A DNA stretch of 63,807 nt, the filler included, from Octopus bimaculoides (lineage: Eukaryota), in assembly GCF_001194135.2 (NCBI RefSeq). It is 9 parts of 8 records of this genome, joined end to end, with 100 filler letters (N's around TTAATTAATTAA, not from the genome) between each part and the next. Parts side by side here need not be neighbours in the genome. Positions count along the whole stretch, not along the records: positions 1 to 13,596 come from NC_068987.1; positions 13,697 to 18,996 come from NC_069000.1; positions 19,097 to 49,762 come from NC_069001.1; 6 more parts are not named here. One strand, given 5' to 3'. The position numbers and the translations under genes are program-made. Shown piece by piece: positions 12,231 through 25,299 of the stretch; position 1 is the stretch's first letter; each line of letters opens with the position of its first letter. The notes beneath the pieces are model-generated. The model saw only the letters and a program-made list of their open reading frames with translations, was not told the DNA's origin and searched no databases.

Positions 12231-13256
12231 TAGAAATATGTAATATGCGTATTACATACTCATATGTAATAATTTTATGTTTAGTAGTTGTTTCTTCTAG
12301 TTTCTCCCTAGTATTTCATTTATTTGTGTTATTATTATTTAGTGTAAATTTTCTTTCTAAAAAAGAAAAATGAAAGTATTTTTAATGATGTGAGATGGAA
12401 GCAACAGTTTGTTTTGATGTTCCATAGTTGGCGGGTAACATTGATAATTGTCGAAGAAATAAAACAAACTTTCAGGAATAAAACTGATGTTTGTCATTTT
12501 TTTTTTCAAGTATTTATTTTATCATTATTATTATGTTTTTAGATTATCCGATTTATTTTTACGTACGTTCAGCTGAAAATCACACAATTCATATTTATCA
12601 TTGATTTTTAAAAACTAAATCCATTCAAAAGAGTACAATGAACGATGGAAGTTATTTTGCGCATTGAATATCGAGTGTTCAGGAGTTGCCTATCGAAAGA
12701 AATTTAGAGATACTTAGATAGGTTTTGGTTAGAACTGGCCCAAGCCATGCCTGACTCAATGGTACCACTTGGAAAAGACATTTAATGGTGTTTCATATTA
12801 CAGTCGTAAGTTGGGGGCAATAGCCCATTCGAATGATGAGTTATTACTTGCAGAGATGTATTCAGGTTTAGGTGATTTATCTGGAATTTACTGGTGGAAC
12901 TTGTCCAGAAACCGAAACTGTTTAAATGTTATAGGATCTTTTTCTTCACTTATAGGTTTTCACATGATGTTAAAGAAAGCTTGACCAGTTAAGAAGAAAT
13001 AGATGTGTCTTTAGTGTTGTAACGCGAGTTCGATTGCTGAAGAGGAAGGATGGCATGGGGACCAAGACTTGGGACAAAAGCATTAAAGAAAAAGTTAAAA
13101 AATAAAAACCTAAAAAACCTGTTCATTATGAGATGAGTTTCAAATTGAGCAATCTAATGAGGGAATCTCTGTGTGATTGAGATGCTTCTACCATAAAACT
13201 AGACCGATCAGTGCCTTTCGAGTAGATTTGGCAGACGGAAATTGAAAGAAACCCAT

Positions 13257-13296
<40 letters not shown>

Positions 13297-13596
13297 TGTG
13301 TCTGTGTGTGTGTACACACACAATTAGATAAATAATAGATATTTACATATAGGAGTGGCTGTGTGGTAAGTAGCTTGCTTACCAGTCACATGGTTCTGAG
13401 TTCAGTCCCACTGCGTGGCACCTTGGGCAAGTGTCTTCTACTATAGCCTCAGGCCGACCAAAGCCTTGTGAGTGGATTTGGTTGACGGAAACTGAAAGGA
13501 AGAGGAGGAGGAGGAGGAAGAGGAAGAGGAGGAGGAGAAGGAAGAGGAAGAGGAGGAGGAGGAGAAGGAAGAGGAGGAAGTGGAAGAGGAGGAGGA

Positions 13597-13696
13597 NNNN
13601 NNNNNNNNNNNNNNNNNNNNNNNNNNNNNNNNNNNNNNNNTTAATTAATTAANNNNNNNNNNNNNNNNNNNNNNNNNNNNNNNNNNNNNNNNNNNN
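13597..13696. other. Assembly spacer: 44 N + TTAATTAATTAA + 44 N (artefact)
   Basis: The identical linker occurs at 13641, 19041, 49807, 51528, 55023, 57931, 60467 and 62205, always centred in a 100-nt gap. Confidence 0.95.
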
Positions 13697-14585
13697 TGTA
13701 TGTGCGTGCGTGTATGTGTGTGTGCGTGTGTACATGCGTGCGTGCGTATGTGTTCATGCATGTATGTGCGTGCGTGTGCGTCTTTGCGCGCGTGTAAGCG
13801 TGTGTGTGGGTGCGTGTGTACCTGCACGTGTGAATGCGTGTGTATGGGTTGGCCTCTTGTGGGTAATAAAGAAATGGCGCGTGTGTATGGGTGTGTGTGT
13901 GCGTGTGTACATGCGTGCGTGCGTATGTGTTCATGCATGTATGTGCGTGCGTGTATGTGTGTGTGCGTGTGTGTGTGTGAATGTACATGGTATCGTGGTT
14001 CAGATGCTGCACACGATTTCAAACGCGGTGGTGTGTTGTGTTCTTGATTTCACATTGCTTCAGTTCCCCCAGCTCTATACGAGTTACCCTACGGCGGACA
14101 GGCGTCCAGTTCAGCGGAGGATGTTGGTCTACCTGCTGAACCATCTGGGTGACATCAATCAAAAGCTACAGCAATGCGTGGAAGCGCATTGTAACCAGCG
14201 GTGTATAACAACATCCGACAATCTAATTGATACAGCGATGTGTGAAAATATATATATATATAAAATGTGCGTATGTATGTATTGTATGCATGTATGTATG
14301 TATGTATGTATGTATGTATTATGTATGTATGTAAGTGTGTATGTTCGTTTGTAAGTATGTATGCATCCCCTTCCTTTATGGAGCTAGTTTTAATTACCAC
14401 TTAGTGATTATGACACACCCTCTGGAGACGGAGATAATTTTCATAAATCACACACATACACACACATACATATACGCACATAGACAAATACACACACACA
14501 CACACTTATATATTCATTCGCCATGTTGAACCGCTGAACTCAACACGTTTTTTTTCTTTTAATTCTCTATTTATTTCCTCTTATT

Positions 14586-14623
14586 CCTCTCTGTCTAAGA
14601 GCGTAGGCTCGAAACATAAAAGA
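14586..14623 (+). ncRNA. Degenerate hammerhead-like motif
   Basis: CTGTCTA-A-GAGC-gtag-GCTC-GAAA-C-ATA-AAAGA. Stem II and GAAAC are intact, but the CUGANGA core is degenerate. Confidence 0.35.
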
Positions 14624-15906
14624 CTTTTCCATTTTTCCCGTGCGTCAAACTAATACACCTGTTTACTGTTCCTACACCTGTCTTCGTCTTCCTTTTTCTA
14701 TAAATTTGAATTATATATATATATTCTTCTTTTTTTAAGATGATAGTATGTGATTAGAGGGAAATTTGATTGCTATTTCTATCAGCTCCTCATGAAGGCA
14801 TTTACTTATATTTCAAGTACAAAATTCATTAGCATTCTATTTGCTATGGTTTTAATAAAATACAAAGTTTGTCGTTTCATCTTTCGATGACAACCATTAA
14901 TAAAGGTACGTGTTGTCACCTTCTTTGAATAAAAGAAATGGAAAGCTTTCCAATAAAATCCACAGTTTCCGAAAACTGAAAATACACCTCATGGATATTC
15001 CATTAATTAAATGGAATATCCATCAAATAGAGAAGTTCATCAACCAGAAATAACTAATTTAGGTGCGAAACTACCAATAAAATGTCTACGCAGTCTTCAG
15101 AAGTCAAAGCTGTTAAGTCTTGCCCAAATCATACAGTACCCTCAAAGAATAAGAATGACACTTTCAGAATATAGTCTGAGATATACAAAAAGGCATATGG
15201 TTTACTTGAATATAAAGTGAATCTGACTGAAAACTGTTTTATATTTTATTCAGGAGATATGAGAGCTGACAAAGCCTAGCTTCTAGTAATACAAAGCAGA
15301 CTATCAAATGCAAGCAATATACGCCTGGAACCAAGAAATACATTCAGAATCAACATTAATACGTCTAAACTTTATAGAAAGAATTTTTTTTAAAGTAATG
15401 TTGTATTTACTTAGCGAAGGAACTTTTATTGCTGACAACGCAGTTTCTTCAACTTAACTTAGTATATCAAACATGTTCCCGAGAGATTGCTTTCAACATA
15501 CGGGATTTTGTAGAGATTATATATCATGGAGGTGGGAATTATATGCTGGGAATTATGTTATACCATTCAGTTCTGCAACGAAAATCTCATTTTACGAAAA
15601 ATTCTTTCCTTCGCCTTATAGAACAGATTACACAAAGCAAAGTAAAATGGTGTTCATAGAAAAGTTCATTCTGACAGTTAAGTCAATCGCTTTCTCCAAG
15701 ATCATGAAACGGTGACTTGATATTATTTTGGGCTTTCCCCAACCTGTAAGCTCTCTTTGAAAATTTAAGGCAGATAATTAAGTGGAAACCGAATTCAAAA
15801 GCAAAGTAGTGGTGGAAATTCGGAGACTGGGGTTAAATGAAAGCCTGCATTATCATTAAAAAAAAAGAAAAGGATTTTGGTGGCATAATCAACAGAACTA
15901 ATAAAC

Positions 15907-16447
15907 TTTCGGAGTTTTTGTAATGGATGACGTATACTACTTACCTACCATGATTGAAAAATAAAATTGAAACCTCTTCTCCATAGAGAATTTTTCTGAG
16001 GAGGCAACGTTTTAAAAGGATGTTTACAAGATTTACCCATTCAAAAATCCTCAATATTAAATTAGGATCACGACTAAACAAAATATAATCTTTAAAGAAT
16101 TCTTAGATTCAGGAGATATTTGAAGAGTCAGGAAATGACTCTGCAATAACAAGTGATAGACCCACACTTCTTTCGGGAAGGAACTGCTGGTTTGTCCCCT
16201 GCCTTGTAGTGTATTCCTCGAAGAATACCACCACAAGACACGGATAATTGCATTCAGACCCAGCGTAAAAGATTCGTAAGAAAATTAGGAATTTACAGCA
16301 AACTGACTAGGACTACAGTAAATTTTGTAAACACCCTTTTAAAACGTTGCCTCCTCAGAAAAAATCTCTATGGAGAAGAGGTTTCAATTTTATTTTTCAA
16401 TCATGGTAGATAGGTAGTATACGTCATCCATTACAAAAACTCCGAAA
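15907..16447. mobile_element. Foldback/MITE-like element with 130-bp inverted arms
   Basis: 15907-16036 is the reverse complement of 16318-16447 with few mismatches, around a 281-bp core. No TSD seen. Confidence 0.75.
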
Positions 16448-17904
16448 CTGGTAAGAGTGTGGGGAGGAAGGTATCCTCATACCAAAATCATGAGCCAAAT
16501 GCTTGCAATAGAGTAGACTCCGCTAAAGGTTCCTTAAGTACCAGAAGTTGGTGTTAAACTAAGTGATGAGTTAAATCTACCACCCGAATATACCATAGCG
16601 GAATTTGAACTCAGAACGCTAAAAGCCGGAATAAACGCTAAAAGCCGGAATAAACGCTAAAAGACGTCCAAGCCAATGCTCATACTGTTCTTACAATTCA
16701 CTGCTTTGGTTATTAGCTTTTTATCGACCCCGAGGTGATGAAACACGAAGCTATCTAGCCAGAATTTGAACTCAGAGCGCAGAAACACGGAACAAATCCC
16801 ATTGGCCGCCTTTAGAATATAAATAATAATATGCCATTATAGACCTAAAAAAAAGATCAAGTGATGAACATGTCTTTTCTCATATTTCGTTATTGGAAAA
16901 ACAAAATGTATATTTTTCTGTGAATACAATAAATCAGATGACATTATCAATATATTTCATTACATATTTACATTCCTGATAGATAAAGGAGCATCATTTA
17001 ATCATTTACTTTATTTTTTCTTTATTCAGTACCTGCCACCTCTGATACTGCATATCTAAACCAACTTTCCATCTGGTACTTTACAACTCTACCCAACTAT
17101 TAATACAATAATCCACCAATGCGTTTCGTCACTACACGCAAGAATGGCCTGTCGGCAATAAAATATTATTTCTTCTGTTTGAAAATAGGAATCATTCCCG
17201 AAATATTGTAGGATCATTGAACAATCTATGTTAAGGTAATGCAATGTGTCTTTTCTCTTCGTTTTCATTTATTATCATCACCTCACATATTTTGCCTAAC
17301 TTCTCACATGCATCGCTCAAAAGTTTATCTTTTTTACAAACATTTATATAATTTACACGCGTTGCAATGCTTCAAGTAAATTACTACACTCTTGTGCCAT
17401 TCTTTCTTTCTTAACTTATACATCCCCGTGTTCCTTAGAAAGTTTTCGACTCCTACTTCCTATTAGCTCTATTTTTACCCATGTTTTTCTAATGTTTGTT
17501 TCCAGCTTCCGTCGATACAAATAATTTATTTGTGTTAATCGACAGATTGTTTCAACTTTATTGCTCAGAACAGGATCGTTATATGCTCCGTAGAGTACAT
17601 TGAAACCCTCCTTATTCAGATCTATTTGACAGCCAATATTTTATACTCTTCTTTTTCACTCCATTCCTTTTTCCCCCTCTCCTTGTCTCTTTCTCTGCCA
17701 TATTCATCGATAGACTCATTGTAAAATCGTGTAATGATACTTCTGGAGAAGAGAACGGTCAAATATGATGACTAAGGAAACTTCACATTAATGTTAGTAT
17801 CTCCGTAACATCTCTTCAGTCGTGGTTTATATTCTACGACAAAATTAGAACATCTTCCATTTGATCTTCTTTGTTCCACATTAGAACCCCAACGATAGCA
17901 ATAT

Positions 17905-18137
17905 ATTTATTTCTTTATTGCCCACAGGGGCTAAACGTAGAGGGGACAAACAAGGACAAACAAAGGATTAATTCGATTACATTGACCCCAGTGCGTAACT
18001 GGTATTTATTTAATCGACCCCGAAAGGATAAAAGGCAAAGTCGACCTCGGCGGAATTTGAACTCAGAACGTAAGGGCAGACGAAATACCGCTAAGCCTTT
18101 CGCCCGGCATGCTAACGATTCTGCCAGCTCGCCGCCC
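17905..18137 (-). mobile_element. SINE family B, full copy
   Basis: Reverse complement of 4434-4657. Confidence 0.9.
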
Positions 18138-18619
18138 GAAACGGTAGCAACATATTAAGAAATTTTCCATTAGTCCAAGGTCAACCAACTACAAATTCCT
18201 TTTTGTCTTACCTTTATGGGTGGGTGGGGGTCTAGATGCAATTATTATATAGCTTGTAATAAATTTCTTCATGAAGAAAGTGTTGGTCTGCATCCTATCA
18301 TTAGAGCTAAATTTATGAACTCTCACATATCTCTTGAACCAAGAATATTTCTACAAAATTGGTTTTTCTGTCTTTCAACAATCTTACATGGCTTTCCTTA
18401 CTCTGTGAAATAATGTAGCGAGAATTGTTGTTGCTTATTTGTAAGTAAATACTGATCGAATGGACAAACCGCCCTGGTCTTTTAGTTTGTTTTTTTATAT
18501 CACAGACAATATCTTCCAATGTGTTTTCTTTAAATAAGTATTAGGTTGTAATTGGAGGGAGATTTGGCTCTTGTTTCTAGCAGGTCGACTGAAGAGTTCT
18601 TCGCTTTTCTTTTATTCGT

Positions 18620-18965
18620 TTACTTGCTTCAGTCATTTGACTGCGGCCATGCTGGAGCACAGCCTAGAAGGATTTTAGTAGAACAAAACGACGCCAGGAC
18701 TTATTTTTTAAGCGTAGTACTTATTCTATCGGTCTCTTTTGCCGAACCGCAAGATAATGGGGACGTAAACACACCTACACTGGTTGTCAAACGGTGATGG
18801 AGGACAAGAACAGGCACAAAGACACACACTCACACACATATATATAGGACGGGCTTCTTTCAGTTTCCGTTTACCAAATCCACTCTCAAGACTTCTGTCG
18901 GCCCAAACTATAGTAGAAAATATTTGCCCAAGGTGCTACACAGTGGGACTGAACCCGAAACAAAC
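18620..18965 (-). mobile_element. SINE family A copy
   Basis: Aligns to 2720-3178. Confidence 0.85.
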
Positions 18966-19134
18966 TTCCCATCCCACATCCACGATTGTACCTATANNNN
19001 NNNNNNNNNNNNNNNNNNNNNNNNNNNNNNNNNNNNNNNNTTAATTAATTAANNNNNNNNNNNNNNNNNNNNNNNNNNNNNNNNNNNNNNNNNNNNATGA
19101 GGTGAGTTTCCTTATTTAAAAATGTTAGAAATGG

Positions 19135-20806
19135 TTAAGTTTTGGCTTATATTTTTCATTGAAGAAGGTTTCCTTATTTAATCGAATTTGTGTTGGTGTT
19201 CCAATGGCACATTGATAGAATGGAAAGATTACAAATTGTGGTAGCATTTGTTATGCGCATTTCTTAATATGTTCACTAAAGGGTATCATTCTGTATTCTG
19301 GGAATGCAATCTGCTGTTGATGCAGAGTGCATCTGCATCTGAGCGATAATCCTGTGGACCCTATGTACTTTTGGTGGCAGCCAGAGCATCTTATGACATA
19401 AATCAGGTTTTCTGAAGCACAAGTAAAGTCAGATTTGATTTTGAATTTTTGTCCTTCATTGAAAAGGAATTCTGATCCTTCTAAAATGTTTGGGCATGTT
19501 GCGCAATTTGGTCGACCACATTTTTTCACTTTTGCATCTGTTATTTTGGAAAATAATGTTGCCTTTGTGAGGATCTTTTTTAGTGATTTCGGTTGTTTGT
19601 AGCTTTTAATGATTTTATGTGTGTGTAAAATTTCCTTTAATTTGGGGTCCTTATGTAGCATTGGTAAATTTGGGATGATGATGGTCAAGGCTTCTTTGTT
19701 TCTGGGGTTGTGTGTGGATATGTTTAGCAGTATTTTCGGGGAAGGTGTGTTACTGTGTTGAACTTTTCTTAAGTTTTCTATGTTGATTTGTGTTGCATGT
19801 CTAATACCATCCTTTATGAGTTGAACTAGGTAGTGTCTGTCAATTAGGGTATTTTTGAGTTCTTGCAGTCTAAAGTCTCTGGTATTTTGTTCTGACACTG
19901 TTGTGTATATCCTTCTTGCAAGGTTGAAGGGGATGTTTGTTTTGGTGTGTCTTGGGTGGCATGAATCAAATAATAGATATTGTTTGGCGTCTGTGGTTTT
20001 GTAAAATATGTCCGTTTCTATTTTTAGGTTTACTTTTTTAATTAGTATATCCAAAAATGGGAGTTCCTTTTAGTTGTACTCCATTGTGAACTGCATGTTT
20101 GGGTTGACGCTGATCAATAGTGTTTTGAATTTCAGGAGTTTATCTGTGTTTTCATTCCAGAGTATGAAACAGTCGTTCAGGAATCTTTTCCAATTTTCTT
20201 TTATGTATTGGGAAAGGGGTTTCCAAAGGTAGATAAAGATTCCTGGTATATTATTTCTTCCAGGTAGCCCATTGTTAGGTTCGCAATGACTGGGGCTGCC
20301 CTAGTGCCCATAGCAATTCCGGATTTTTTTCGGTAAAGCGTATTGTCAAACATGAAGTGGTTGTTTCGTAAGATGGATTCAACCGATTTAGTTATGAATT
20401 CTTTACTGATCCAGTTTGGAATTTCTTCCAGAAATTGGTCCAGCCAGAACTGAATTGCCTCTAGCCCATAATTATGAGGTATACTGGTATATAAATTAAT
20501 CACATCAAATGAAACCATGATTGTTTCTTCCTTGACTTTTTTGGGGAGGTGATTTAACATATCCAAGTCATCTCTGATATGGCTATTGATGTGTTTAAGG
20601 AAGGGTTTTAGGAGGATGTCCATAAATAGACTTAGTCTGTGTGTTTCACAGGCTGGGCCAGCTATGATGGGTCGTAGTTTTAGGTCCCCCGTGTTTGGTG
20701 TATGTACGTACGTCTTTGGTGATTTTTTAATGGTTTCATTTATAATCTGGCTTTTGTGTATTTTTGGCAGACCATAGAAAAGGCTAGGTTTGCATTTAAA
20801 GTTTGT
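19135..20806 (-). mobile_element. Penelope-like retroelement (Neptune-type RT plus GIY-YIG endonuclease), decayed, 5' end in a gap
   Basis: FYGLPKIHK, LRPIIAG, SFDVINLYTSIP, GIAMGTRAAPVIANL, FLDILI, DSCHPRHTK, then CxxxxCxxC and LIYVIRCSGCHQKYIGST (GIY-YIG). Frameshift near 20200. Confidence 0.92.
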
Positions 20807-22204
20807 NNNNNNNNNNNNNNNNNNNNNNNNNNNNNNNNNNNNNNNNNNNNNNNNNNNNNNNNNNNNNNNNNNNNNNNNNNNNNNNNNNNNNNNNNNNNNN
20901 NNNNNNNNNNNNNNNNNNNNNNNNNNNNNNNNNNNNNNNNNNNNNNNNNNNNNNNNNNNNNNNNNNNNNNNNNNNNNNNNNNNNNNNNNNNNNNNNNNNN
21001 NNNNNNNNNNNNNNNNNNNNNNNNNNNNNNNNNNNNNNNNNNNNNNNNNNNNNNNNNNNNNNNNNNNNNNNNNNNNNNNNNNNNNNNNNNNNNNNNNNNN
21101 NNNNNNNNNNNNNNNNNNNNNNNNNNNNNNNNNNNNNNNNNNNNNNNNNNNNNNNNNNNNNNNNNNNNNNNNNNNNNNNNNNNNNNNNNNNNNNNNNNNN
21201 NNNNNNNNNNNNNNNNNNNNNNNNNNNNNNNNNNNNNNNNNNNNNNNNNNNNNNNNNNNNNNNNNNNNNNNNNNNNNNNNNNNNNATATATATATATATA
21301 TATATACATACATATACATATACACACAAGCACACACATCTATCTATAAGTGTAATGCACACACATACATTTATGTTTGTGGTCAGTTTTGAGGTATTTA
21401 TCATTCAGCAAGTCAATGTTTACACTTTTTATTAGGAGGAACAAACTGTACAGGAACAAAGCCATAGAAAATGCAAGATATTGGTGTGGGTGTGTAAATG
21501 TGTTTGCGTTGGTGTATGTGTATGTTTACACGTACACACACACACACACATGCAAATACACACACATACATTGCTAGTGGTGTTGTTCCAGTTACAACAG
21601 ATTTTTAATGAAAACAGAAAAAAGTAAAAATCATAAAAAGAAGAGAAAAGAAAATAATTAAAATAGTGGCAGCAACAGAGAAAATTGGAAACGGAAATTC
21701 TCCAATAAAAATCTGTTTCTGGGCAACATTACAAATTTCATGATGCCATATCTGCTAGTGTCTCCATTTAGGGAGAGAATTTGGAAATATTGCTAACAAA
21801 AGACCAAACCATGTTTGAATTGATCTGATACACAAATATCTATCACCTAAGACTAAATTCATAGCAGTTAGGTGGGATGGGGTGGGGGTGCAGTAGTGTT
21901 TCATATATTTTATGCATTTATGTTTTACATATTTGTGTTTTTGTTTATATTGAATGATTCAGAGTTTACGATATAGTTTTTCGCACATTTGTCACCTGCT
22001 GTGTTACGAATGCATTATGAGGTGATGTTGTTATTGTTGTTTTAGGAGTGTGTATTCTTTGTTTTATAATTTCCATATTCCAATATTTATTTCCTTTCTT
22101 CTTTCTTTCTTTCTTCATTTGTTTCTTCTTTCTTTTCCTTCCTTCATTATAAAATATTTTTGTTTCAAACTCAGTAAGCAGATGAAGATTATTATAACTG
22201 TACC

Positions 22205-23520
22205 CACAGTCATCATCATCATCATCATTTAACATCCATATCAAATCCATGTCAGCATGAAAAACGGATGTCAAATGATGATGATGTTCCATGCTGGCAT
22301 GGGTTGGAAAGTTTGACAGGATCTGATGTGTTCAAGGACTACATCGAGTGCCAATGTCTACTTTGGCATGATTTTTACAGCTGGATGCATGAAGGGTTAT
22401 CACTGTAATGGATGGAGAATCAAAAGTATAGCACTTTCAAAACTCAGTTTTACTGAGGACAGTGAGTCTTTTTGAAAACCTCATATAGCCAGAGATCCCA
22501 GTCCTTTGTCATCTCATCCATCAGGCTCAGCGTCCTGATGTCAGCTTTCACTACTTCATCCCATGTCTTCCTTGGTCGAACTCTTTCACAGATTCCGGCC
22601 ACATTAACTAAACAGCACTTCTTTATACAGCTGTCTTCATTCATGCATATGATATGTCCATACCAGTGCAGTCTTCTTTCTCAAACATATTATCTGAATC
22701 TTCTTATACCCAGCCTTTCATTCAGTAGCTTTGTACTAACTCTCTAACACACACACTAGCATTGCACATTCAACAGACTATGTTCATTTCATGTCTTTCC
22801 AATCTTCTCAAGTCCTCTGCATTCAAAGCCCATGTCTCACTATAGTGCAGCATTGCAGTTCTAACATAAGCGTTATTCAATCTGCCAGCCACTCTAAGGA
22901 AAAAGTTCTTTGTTGTCAGCAGTGGTCGTTGCTCCCTGAACTTACTCCAGCCAGTTTTTACTCCAGCAATTATACTTTCAGAGCAAACATCCCCTTCTCC
23001 TCAGTAACAAAAAGTACCAACTTCTTCTAATGAGCAATCTGGGATATTTAAAAGATGCAATTTTAGTTGTATTTGTATGTACTGCTCCAGTGCATCTGCT
23101 GCATATGAAGCCTACATTCTTGTATAGTCTGCCAGTGATTCCACTTCATCTCATGCATCAAAAGTACACTGTATTTAGTTTATACCTACCCCTTTTCTAC
23201 ATATTGAACAAAGCCATTTCCCTGAAGATACCAGCATCCTGTCATCTTTCCTGCTTACTAAATCTTTCATCTTTGCCAGGTTAACCTTATCGCCTCTCAA
23301 TTCCAAGTTTAGCTTTCGTGTCTAGAATTTTTTCTCCAATTCCCCTATAGAATCAGTTATGAGGAATAGGCCATCAGCATATAAAAGTTCCCATGGACAG
23401 CCAGTCTTAAACTCTTCAGTTGATGGCTTGGCAGATTAGGATGAATAGGAGAGGACTAAAGACTGAATCTTGATGGACTCCCACTGTCACACCAAATTCA
23501 TCAATGAAGTCCTTGCCAGC
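22205..23520 (-). mobile_element. RTE-clade LINE 3' part with (GAT)n tail
   Basis: VGVHQDSVFSPLLF, WELLYADG, RPRKTWDEVVKAD. Tail at ~22208-22228. Confidence 0.85.
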
Positions 23521-24519
23521 CCACACAGGCTATTAAAGAGTTTTCCAGTGTTAATTAATACAATACAAATATTCAAAAACCTATCGAATTTTCACAAATT
23601 ATAGTCCGTACACTTACACACGTTAAATTCTTCAGACAAGTAGAGGGGACACTTGTGACTACTAATGTATGTAGGAATAAATTCAATAAAAGACCTGCAT
23701 AAGCTTTAAACTTTTAAACTCAAGAGGTATTCTAAAAAGTGCCCTTGTTATTACCACTGACAGAAACCTTGACATGGTAGACAACTCTTTTATGAAATTT
23801 ACAATATTGAAAGCATATACTCCTGTAGAAGAAGAGAACTAATTTTTTCCAAATAATTCTAGCTAAAGAAAAGGCGAAATTATTCATGCAGCTGTAACTT
23901 ATTTTCAGGTAACATCTGTTGGCTATGTTGGCTACCAGGTAGGTGTTTATTGAGACCAAACATAAGAAGAATCTGGCAATATTAGATCTGACACTCAAAC
24001 TGGAAAAGAGGTAGCAAGGGACAGGGTGGGGGTTTATACCATAAGATTTCCTTTTTCTGATATTATTGGCATTAGAGAATGTGTATGGAGGGGCATATTA
24101 GTCCATACTTATGAGAAATTAATGTTGAACACAGATTATTATTGTAAAGGATTTATTCATATTTATACAACATGGCCATCATCGTTTCAGCGAAGCAAAA
24201 GCTTGCAGGGCCTCCTCAGAGAAATTATATTGGAACATTGGCCATGTAGCCAGAATATGAATAAATTGTGTGCATGCGCACATGTGTGTGTGTGAGTGAG
24301 TGTGTGTGTATACACACGAATATGTGTGGATATGTATATACATGCCTATGTGTTATACATGTATCTATGTGTATATGTGTGAGTATTGATTGTAGTGGAC
24401 AGATAAGAATAGCACTCACAGGTTAACAAGGAAGCTGTACTTTATGGTCTCATATAAATGACCCCCCACCAAATATAGTTGTGACTGTAGCACCTTAGTA
24501 ACACATTAACCATAATGGC

Positions 24520-24800
24520 CAGCACCTATCACTATGATAAGCATAATCCTGGCTTGACTTCTTCCACTTTTCATCTCATGGCTCCTAGAAATAATATAGA
24601 TTTCCCTCTCCCATCTTGACTGATCAAACCTTAAATGAGTGGCAGAGCACTGATCAACAACAATATTCAGCCACTTCAAGACTAACTGACTAATGCCACT
24701 GCATGGTATAGAAGAGTGACAATAGTGTAGACATGGCTGCAGTGCAGAGACCATATTATCCATGCTGCTTTGGAAAGTCTTTTGGAAACACCCAAGTATT
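24520..24800 (+). mobile_element. Highly decayed mariner C-terminal fragment
   Basis: HNPGLTSSTFHLMAPR resembles the YSPDLAPSDFHLFGPL motif. Confidence 0.4.
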
Positions 24801-25299
24801 TTTAGCTTACTTCCTAGGAGTACAAAAGAGAGGGGGAGTGAGGGAGAAAGAGAGAGGGGACACCAAGAAAATTTCAGTGACACGTATCTTTGTGTAGAAG
24901 AAGGCTTAAGAAATATCAAGAATTTCTAGTCAACAAAATGAGGAATTTTGAAATTTATATTCTTGGTGTCTCTAATTGCAAACATTTCAAGTATGTTACC
25001 ATCCATTCATATAAAACAGCATTAAGAGAGGAGTGACTATGACAGTAGAGAAAGAATTGAAAAACAGTATAAAAGTCTACAGCTGTTACTCAGAGATCAT
25101 CATCATCATTTAACATCTATTGTCCAAGGGCTGGAAAGCTGCACCAAACTCCAGTCTGGTTTGACATGGTTTCTATGGCTGGATGCCCTTCCTAATGCCG
25201 ACCAGTCTGAGAGTGTAATGGGTGCTTTTACCCGCTTGGCACGATTGACGTTAGGAAGATATTAGCTTGAAATCTTGGAAACAAGAACCTCCCCACCAC

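Noticed and set aside
13497-13596. Poly-Glu or Arg/Lys-rich coding segment
   Set aside because: A (GAG/GAA) purine microsatellite fused to a SINE 5' part and ending at a gap.
13641-13652. TTAATTAATTAA as a biological motif (homeodomain site or recombination site)
   Set aside because: It always sits centred in 100-nt N-gaps, so it is an assembly linker.
15950-16010. Type II hammerhead in the foldback arm (GAAAC...CTGAGGA)
   Set aside because: No NUH triplet or consistent stems; the CTGAGGAGG pairs with CCTCTTC in a simple hairpin.
16615-16668. CRISPR-like or other regular array (19-bp repeat CGCTAAAAGCCGGAATAAA x2.5; 24-bp repeat at 57835-57885)
   Set aside because: Simple tandem duplications without spacers in a eukaryotic context. 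No CRISPR or prokaryotic operon features occur anywhere in the window.
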